64,000 nucleotides of DNA, from NCBI GenBank assembly GCA_964252035.1, contig OZ176200.1; one strand, given 5' to 3'. The notes under the pieces are model-generated. The model was not told where the DNA came from and ran no database searches. It saw nothing but the letters and a program-made list of their open reading frames with translations. Of the stretch, positions 56,164 to 64,000 are shown piece after piece. This DNA comes from Podarcis erhardii (lineage: Eukaryota). How positions within the stretch are numbered: position 1 is the stretch's first letter; each line of letters opens with the position of its first letter. Position numbers and translations under genes: made by a program.

Positions 56164-57755
56164 TTCTTGTGGATGTTGAGTTAGCCTTGCTGCTGTCAGG
56201 TGATTACAAGGGACCTGATCCAAGCCTCTTTGCTGTACCAGCCTTGGTGGCAACACAGTAAAGAGGCAGTTTTTCCTTCCCCATCTTTCCTCCCTAGCAG
56301 TGAGGCTGTCGATGCGGAGCTGCCAGCAAGGGCTGTAGCTTAAGGATCTGGGAATACCTAATCGAATGACGCTTTCCAAAGGAATTAGTTTCACTGGGTG
56401 TCAAAAGAAAAAGGAGACAACTTCGTAGGAACCTGATATTTCAGAAAGGACTGAGAGCACCAACTCGAACAAGTCAGTAGGGCTACACCAGCCAGTATCT
56501 GCTTACCCCTTCTGCCTCCTTCCTTGTCCTTGAGAAATGAATTCAAAAGTTTTAAAACTGAAATAACTCGGGGAAATTAAGCAGCTTATTCAAATCTCAG
56601 CAGCTTATTTTGATAGCTCCATTTGGGGTATTTGACTGCAACATTTGTTGTGTTTTAGTGCAGAAAAGCTACACTCGTTCACACACCTGCCAGATGTAAC
56701 TGATTTGTGTAGTGTAGTACTCGGTTTATAATCCTGCTAGCTGTTATGTTTCCTGATATGGCAATTTTAAGATTATTGGAATTCGTACTTTAATTGTAGC
56801 TTTCAAACTGTGCAATTTGTCTTAACCAACTTTTAACAGGCTACTAAAAAAAAAAAAAAAAAAGGTGAGATCTATCTTTACACACAGAGAGACAGACACC
56901 CAGGTTTTGAGGTTGACCGAGATGGCTTTTTTATTATTTCTTTCTTTAAAATTAACACAATCTATATGCCAGAGAAAGAGTTATCTATTTGAAAGGAATA
57001 TTTCTGAAGTGAGATTACCTGATCCATGAACCATTAATAAAGCTCAATTCAATATATGCATTCCCTGGGAGTCAGAGGTAGATTTATTGCTTTTATTGCC
57101 TGCACAATCTCTTGTGACAGACAGAAAGAAATTCTGAGATTGCTGAGCCTGTTTTACCTAGGAGTGGTGAGCAGAGAGGAAACTGCATGGGCTCTTGTAT
57201 ATCATTGATCTCCTGGTCACCAAATAATGATTCAGATTCACAGAGAGATCCGTAAAAGTCTGTGGTTTATTACTGTCTTGTATCTCTATATTAACCACCT
57301 CATTATCATCCCAAATGGAATATAAATCTAGCAGTATCCAGTTGCTTTAATCTGCACGCTAGCTCCTCCGCCATCTTTATCCTGTAAATCTTAGCCCTAC
57401 ATAAAGTGAACAAGTGTACAATTACCAGGTTCTTGAATAGAAGACAATTACAGGAGATATATTTCTTTTGCTCGGGGGGACAAGGTACACACAGTTTCAT
57501 ATTTCTTAATAATACTTCCTTGCTTGTACAATGTTCCTCGGTCCTATTGACACAATTGATCAGGAGAGGCTGCTAGATTGCGGAAGGGGTTCAGAGTTAA
57601 ACCACACTAATAATCTTCCTTCATTCCTGTTTTACAGAGAGGGCCGGGACTCTCTTATCCAAACCCATCGGCGGAATAGCACTCAGTATGCAAACCTCTG
57701 TCAGATATAGCAGCTTGTTATCCAAATTCTCTACCCCACCAAATGATCCTTAAAC

Positions 57756-57887
57756 TGGAATGGGGACCCTGTGATCCTCCAGATGTTGGACTATCGCTTC
57801 CATTATCCCTGACCTGTTAATGTACAGGCTGGGACTGATGGGAGCTGGAGTCTAACAGCATCTGAATGGCCCAAGGTACCCCAAGCT
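57756..57887. repeat. Short palindromic MITE-like repeat (~125 bp family)
   Basis: GGGGACCCTGTGATCCTCCAGATGTTGGAC...GATGGGAGCTGGAGTCTAACAGCATCTG...AGGTACCCC. Confidence 0.55.
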
Positions 57888-58109
57888 GTGTGTATAACGT
57901 GTCCTGTTTGCAGTACGATCCAATCTATCCCAGAGTAAGAAGACAGAAAGAGCGCTGCTGATCTGACTTACAGTCCATCTAACGCAGCATCCTCTTTCCA
58001 ACTGTAGTCAGCTGGGAGGTTTGCAAGCATGAGGTGAAGGCAACAGCCCTCCTCTGTCATATAGATACAGCATCTGATATTGAGGCATATACTACCTCTG
58101 AGGTGTATA

Positions 58110-58715
58110 AGGTGTTAGGGGAGCGGTAGTACCTCTGCTGGGAGACACATCATGCTCATTCTGGGGTAGTTTGCCCACCTTTGGTCCCCACCCTGCATTC
58201 ATTTCTCACCTGTGGCTCCTAGAAGCTGTCAGCATGTGAGAGCGGTCACACCCTGGGAATGCCCTCTACTGGCCAGCTAAACCAGGTGAGGGTAGTCGAT
58301 GGGTCTCAAACCCTCAGTGAGTCAGGGATTTCCCTGCATGCAAAGACAGGTTCTGCTGGATTGAGGGGATGAGACTAATAGTTGGCTCAACGGTCAAGAA
58401 GACAGTTTCTGCACATGCTGTAGAGGGAAATGAGGGGCAGATGAGGCCCATCAACCTGGGAAGGTAGCCCATCTAGCAGAATAAAAATTCTGGTCCTAAA
58501 CCTCCCCTGCTTTGTGGGATATCTTCAGGAGAAGGAAAGGCTAAGGAGTAAAGCCTACACAAATCTGGAGTGGAGTTGGTTAGATGACACATTGGATGCT
58601 TCCTTCTGGCAACTCCTGCAGCCAAGCTGGTGCCAAACATATTGCTCTGCTTTCCTTTGGATCACATTAGGGAAGCTGAGAGTGGGGCCTTGTCATCTGG
58701 GTAGGCCGGACCTCC
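58110..58715 (+). mobile_element. Probable RTE-clade LINE 5' UTR fragment
   Basis: GGTAGCCCATCTAGCAGAATAAAAATTCTGGTCCTAAACCTCC and CTCCTGCAGCCAAGCTGGTGCCAAAC resemble squamate RTE 5' ends as I recall them; no ORF follows. Confidence 0.45.
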
Positions 58716-61338
58716 ATATACTCCATTTTGTACCACAAAATTCAGAGCACTTCAAAATTCAAAGAATAAACATGTTCCAATTCATACATTAGGCCAGGGG
58801 ATACCAATCAGGTGCATTCACATCAGAATTAATAGAAATTGAATCCCTCAAGCATCGTTTGTGGCAAGTGCCTTCACAAAATTCTTACAAACTCCTCAAC
58901 AAACCTGAGGTCTTTCTAGATTCTTGCATACCTATGGCTCCAGACATATCTGAGTAATGTGGGTCAGTTACTGGCAGCAGTGTGAGGCTCCAATCTATTG
59001 CGCTAATCCCACTGTCGTTGTAGGCAAGTACTAGAGCACAGTTGTACTCATTTGCATGGAAGGTAGACTTAGGCATGCTGATCTCACTTGCTTAATTAGG
59101 TGCATGTCTTTCAAATAGTGGTGGTTTCTACCTTGCAGGTCAGGGAAGGTGCATCCTTGCCAAGTCATACAATGTAACCTCGGAACGGCTCTGACTAGCC
59201 TTCCCCCCAACCTTATGAATGCTATTGACCCAAAACACGGAGTGAGCTAACAGCTCCTCCAGAGGTAATGAGGAAATAAGGCATCATTCCTCAGGTGAGA
59301 AGACCTATATTGCATTTTTACAGTTTCGTGCTACGTAATTTATGAGACACCCCTCAAAGTAGCCTTATACTTCAGTGTCTAGAAGAACCCAATTCTCTTT
59401 ATGATCTGCCTGCTGGCACCTGGCAGAAAGGTTTAATAAAATTCTATGTCATGATGGGTAAAACACGGCGTAATTAAAATGCATTTGACAAAACAATAAA
59501 AAGAGCTTATGCTTCAAAATATAAGACCCTAGCCAAACACTCAATCCCATCTGGCACAACTTAGATCCTCCCCTATATTTCAGGGGAAGCACACCAAAAT
59601 AACTTGAGCTGAAGATGTGGTCCATGAAGTCATATCATTCAGGAGACTAGCCAGTTTATTCCATTATAAATCCAGTCAGTCTATGCTTTGGATACAGTAG
59701 CCAACACTTTGTGATTGTTTTTGACGGTAATTTCTTTACGTTTTCTTGAATGGCCTCCTTTCCTCATATTTTTCCTTTCTGTTCAAAAAAGAACTCATGA
59801 TTTAACTTCTCCAAAGTGTTTTGGCTGAGCCAATTCAAATCTGATGCAGCCTTAATTTAAAAAAAATAAAAAATAAAATAAATCTTCCTGTTTGCCCCCT
59901 AAATGAAATGTGCTGCGTTTCTCTTCCCATGAATGCTAATTACTGAACAATTCCTGTTTGAACAGGAGCTTTGTTCCTCATTTCCCTTTTACCCATCCAC
60001 TCAGTGTTTGTATCATTACAATCTGATGCCATGGAAATTACTCTAACATTACAGGCAGAGAATAATGAATCTATTGCTTGAAATGGTGAAGAGAGGAGAT
60101 AGATTGTAAAAAGGAAAGGTCTGGCTTGAATAATGATACTCCTATGCTGAAAAAGAGAAAAGAGCATGATGATGATCTTGAAATTACAGGAAACATGAAT
60201 ATAATTCTATATATAAATATTAGGCTGAAATGTCCTTTTTAGGCAAAGAGTTTTTTTTTAAAAAAAAAACAACAACCATGCACTCTCAAATAGAAAAGGA
60301 AGAGAATGCAGGCTGAAATTTATTCTCCAATCCTCAGACATTACAGGCTTTGTCTTTTCAGTAAGCTACTTATACAAAAGAAGAAAAAGAAATGGTGATT
60401 CTCGTGATATTTAAGCGGCATTACCAATTTCCCAGAATAAGACCAATTAATATCTTCTCACACACACCTTTAAAAATAGGCCTTTATTCCAATGAGAGCT
60501 GAGCTGAAATTTCTTAGGAGACAGACTTTGAGAACATTTCTGAGATATTGCACCAATAGCTTCCTATTTTGCCTCAGGATGAATTTGTTACCAAAAGAAA
60601 AATACCATTGGAACAGTAAATAGCTTCACCTTGTGTTTAACTGGAAGACATCCTGAAAATAGGGAAAACCATGCAGTTATATATTGCTTTGTTTGCGGCG
60701 TTGCAGGCTTTCAAGATGTTTGCCCAAATGAAGCAGAGCTTGCACAAGTGACGTTTGGTCCAACTTGGGATGAGTTGTGCACCGCTGTCTCTCTAGTTGT
60801 GTGACTTGTTATTTCATTCACCCAAGTTCCTTGTAGAACCAAATAGTCCCTTGAGACTGAGACAACAGAAGTGGTAGGGATGCTTTTTCAGTTTGGGGCT
60901 GATTGGGCTGTGCCCTCCAAAAAGTAAACAAACCCAGAACAAGAGCCTTCTCTCTCTCCATTCTCCATATAAACATCAGTTCTGACTATCAGTCCTCTCT
61001 CCACCCCCCTCTGGAGTCCATTTTCAGTTTGTGCTGGCCAATCAGCTGCAAGTCAGACACATGTATCCAATCAGCAATCACTGTGTGAGGGGTGGGCGGG
61101 GGTTCACTGGAGAGAGAGCATCTCACAGAGTTGGCAGTACAGCTGAAAAGACCCTGCCTGCCATGTCCACCTTTGGCAGGTGGATACATGGTAGGACCTC
61201 TGATGCTGAACAGAGAGAACAGGAAGGCACAGGCAGGAGAAGGTTAGACCCTCAGGTACCTGAGTCCCAAGCCATTTAATGCTTTAGAGCAAGGGTAAGG
61301 TGTCCCCAGGTCTTTATTTATTTACAAAAATACTTGTA

Positions 61339-61569
61339 CAGTGGTACCTCGGGTTAAGAACTTAATTCATTCTGGAGGTCCGTTCTTAACCTGAAACTGT
61401 TCTTAACCTGAGGTACCACTTTAGCTAATGGGGCCTCCCGCTGCCGCTGCATGATTTCTGTTCTCATCCGGAAGCAGAGTTCTTAAGCCGAGGTACTATT
61501 TCTGGGTTAGCAGAGTCTGTAACCTGAAGCGTCTGTAACCTGAAGTGTCTGTAACCCGAGGTACCACAG
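61339..61569. mobile_element. Tc1/mariner (Tigger-like) MITE, inverted relative to 52401-52626
   Basis: TA flanks (61337-61338, 61570-61571); termini CAGTGGTACCTCGGGTTA / TAACCCGAGGTACCACAG. Confidence 0.95.
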
Positions 61570-61774
61570 TATAACACTATTATCAAAGTGGTTTACAACA
61601 ACCAAACATACAATAAAAACCATATAAAATGTTTAAAACTAGAGATCAAGTAACTGCAGAAATATACCTTCTCCGTTGCCCGAATAAGAGGTATGGCATG
61701 GAAAAGTTTTCGGCAGCCATTTAAAAGCCAAAACAGAAGGTGTCTGTGGTTGTGGTTAGACTCCCAGCAATCAT

Positions 61775-61858
61775 CAGCACCAGCTGGCCTGGTCAGTAGC
61801 CAGGGATGGTGGGAATTGCAACCTAGTAGCATCTTGAGGACCATAGGTTCTTCATCTC
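61775..61858. repeat. Short palindromic MITE-like repeat (~125 bp family), partial
   Basis: CAGCCAGGGATGGTGGGAATTGCAACCTAGTAGCATCTTGAGGACCATAGGTT. Confidence 0.45.
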
Positions 61859-62477
61859 TGCTTTGGAGGAAGAATCAGCACTTTGAATTGAGCCTGGAAA
61901 CCAGCAGAATTGTTTACTAGGTTGCTGCAGCTCAGCACTAGAAAGTAGAGAGATATTCTCACCGCTCTGTGCCAAGTGGCCACGTGGATAGGGGCCCTCG
62001 TTGCTGCTAGCAGCCTGAGAAAGAAAACAAGAAAATGCTTCTTATACTTCGAGGATTAGTTTGCAAAAGACAGATATTTTCAAAAGCAGGTCTATGACAA
62101 AGCAGTGGGTGAATGGGACCGGCTGCAGCTAAAATTCCAATCAACAGAGTGTGTGCTTTCTGTTTGGAGAATTATTTCAAGTGGCTGTTTTCTATGAAAA
62201 CTTCTTTGAATTAATTTTTGCCATTTATTCTGATTAAACGCACCCCCCTTTTTGGAAAGAAAATGATAATGCAATATTTCATAATTGTGGACATTTGGAT
62301 GCCATGGTGATGAGTTCGATATAAATTCCAAATGAAATAGAAGAGATTAGCAATAAATAGATTATGCAGACTAGTTACCTTTGCCAAAAACACTGCTCTG
62401 ATTTATGGCTCCATCTCTAACACTAAGAAACAACACATTTCCTAGGTTTATGAACCCTCTGAACCAATCTTACATTT

Positions 62478-64000
62478 TTGTTGTTGTTGTTTAGTCGTTT
62501 AGTCGTGTCCGACTCTTCATGACCCCATGGACCAGAGCACGCCAGGCACTCCTGTCTTCCACTGCCTCCCGCAGTTTGGTCAGACTCATGTTTGTAGCTT
62601 CGAGAACACTGTCCAACCATCTTGTCCTCTGTCGTCCCCTTCTCCTTGTGCCCTCCATCTTTCCCAACATCAGGGTCTTTTCCAGGGAGTCTTCTCTTCT
62701 CATGAGGTGGCCAAAGTATTGGAGCCTCAGCTTCACAATCTGTCCTTCCAGTGAGCACTCAGGGCTGATTTCCTTAAGAATGGATACGTTTGATCTTCTT
62801 GCAGTCCATGGGACTCTCAAGAGTCTCCTCCAGCACCATAATTCAAAAGCATCAATTCTTCGGCAATCAGCCTTCTTGATGGTCCAGCTCTCACTTCCAT
62901 ACATCACTACTGGGAAAACCATGGCTTTAACTATACGGACCTTTGTTGGCAAGGTGATGTCTCTGCTTTTTAAGATGCTGTCTAGGTTTGCCATCGCCTT
63001 TCTCCCAAGGAGCAGGCGTCTTTTAATTTCGTGACTGCTGTCACCATCTGCGGTGATCATGGAGCCCAAGAAAGTAAAATCTCTCACTGCCTCCATTTCT
63101 TCCCCTTCTATTTGCCAGGAGGTGATGGGCCCAGTGGCCATGATCTTCGTTTTTTTGATGTTGAGCTTCAGACCATATTTTGCGCTCTCCTCTTTCACCC
63201 TCATTAAAAGGTTCTATAATTCCTCCTCACTTTCTGCCATCAAGGTTGTGTCATCTGCATATCTGAGGTCGTTGATATTTCTTCCGGCAATCTTAATTCC
63301 AGCTTGGGATTCATCCAGCCCTGCCTTTCGCATGATGAATTCTGCATATAAGTTAAATAAGCAGGGAGACAATATGCAGCCTTGCCGTACTCCTTTCCCA
63401 ATTTTGAACCAACCAGTTGTTCCATATCCAGTTCTAACTGTAGCTTCTTGTCCCACATAGAGATTTCTCAGGAGACAGATGAGGTGATCAGGCACTCCCA
63501 TTTCTTTAAGAACTTGCCATAGTTTGCTGTGGTCGACACAGTCAAAGGCTTTTGCATAGTCAATGAAGCAGAAGTAGATGTCTTTCTGGAACTCTCTAGC
63601 TTTCTCCATAATCCAGTGCATGTTTGCAATTTGGTCTCTGGTTCCTCTGCCCCTTCGAAATCCAGCTTGCACTTCTGGGAGTTCTCGGTCCACATACTGC
63701 TTAAGCCTGCCTTGTAGAATTTTAAGCATAACCTTGCTAGCGTGTGAAATGAGTGCAATTGTGCGGTAGTTGGAGCATTCTTTGGCACTGCCCTTCTTTG
63801 GGATTGGGATGTAGACTGATCTTCTCCAATCCTCTGGCCACTGCTGAGTTTTCCAAATTTGCTGGCATATTGAGTGTAGCAGCTTAACAGCATCATCTTT
63901 TAAAATTTTAAATAGTTCAGCTGGAATATCATCACTTCCACTGGCCTTGTTATTTGCAGTGCTTTCTAAGGCCCATTTGACTTCACTCTCCAGGATGTCT
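62478..64000 (-). mobile_element. BovB (RTE clade) LINE, 3' portion; continues past the window edge
   Basis: 3' end GAGTCGGACACGACTAAACGACTAAAC plus (AAC)n; reverse-transcriptase motifs QAGFR, FIDYAKAFD, GVRQGCILSP, LRYADD and the C-terminal WCWRR motif. Confidence 0.97.
62491..63999 (-). pseudogene. BovB reverse transcriptase ORF with one premature stop
   Basis: One frame runs from the window edge (DILESEVKWAL...) to RTRLND*, broken only by TAG at 63214-63216 (AESEEEL*NLLMRVKEE). Confidence 0.9.

Noticed and set aside
62519-63460. Plus-strand ORFs of 135 and 171 aa
   Set aside because: They are antisense shadows of the BovB reverse-transcriptase frame.
1-64000. Most ORFs in the six-frame track (60-170 aa) as host genes
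   Set aside because: They lack recognisable domains and splice context, and many overlap repeats or microsatellites. The real LMO1 exons are too short to appear in the track.
21976-64000. Exons of RIC3, the downstream neighbour of LMO1 in mammals
   Set aside because: I found no RIC3-like peptide (for example GQIIPIYGFGI) in the ORF track or by reading. It probably lies beyond the window.

Overview
This is vertebrate genomic DNA, most likely from a squamate and probably a lacertid lizard. That call is inferred from the repeat complement (Sauria SINEs, a Squam3-like SINE, BovB, CR1, L2, Penelope-like fragments, hAT and Tigger MITEs), not from a database match. The only protein-coding gene I can support is the 3' half of the LIM-only gene LMO1 on the + strand: coding exons 11521-11646 and 21516-21621, then a 3' UTR to about 21975. 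Its upstream exons lie outside the window or, less likely, in an N gap. The remaining ~42 kb is gene-free and alternates repeats with repeat-free, motif-dense blocks that look like conserved enhancers. The most unusual items are: (1) a Penelope-like insertion forming a perfect 92-bp inverted repeat with a minimal hammerhead ribozyme on each strand, plus a third copy with a mutated catalytic core; (2) two diverged LTR-like elements that both keep a homologous ~110-codon acidic reading frame starting at the element terminus; (3) an upstream alternative splice acceptor that would truncate LMO1 within LIM2; (4) a candidate HDV-like ribozyme in an RTE-like 5' UTR. There are two assembly gaps (6088-6287 and 30181-30318). 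Coordinates were counted by hand, and degenerate repeat boundaries are approximate.
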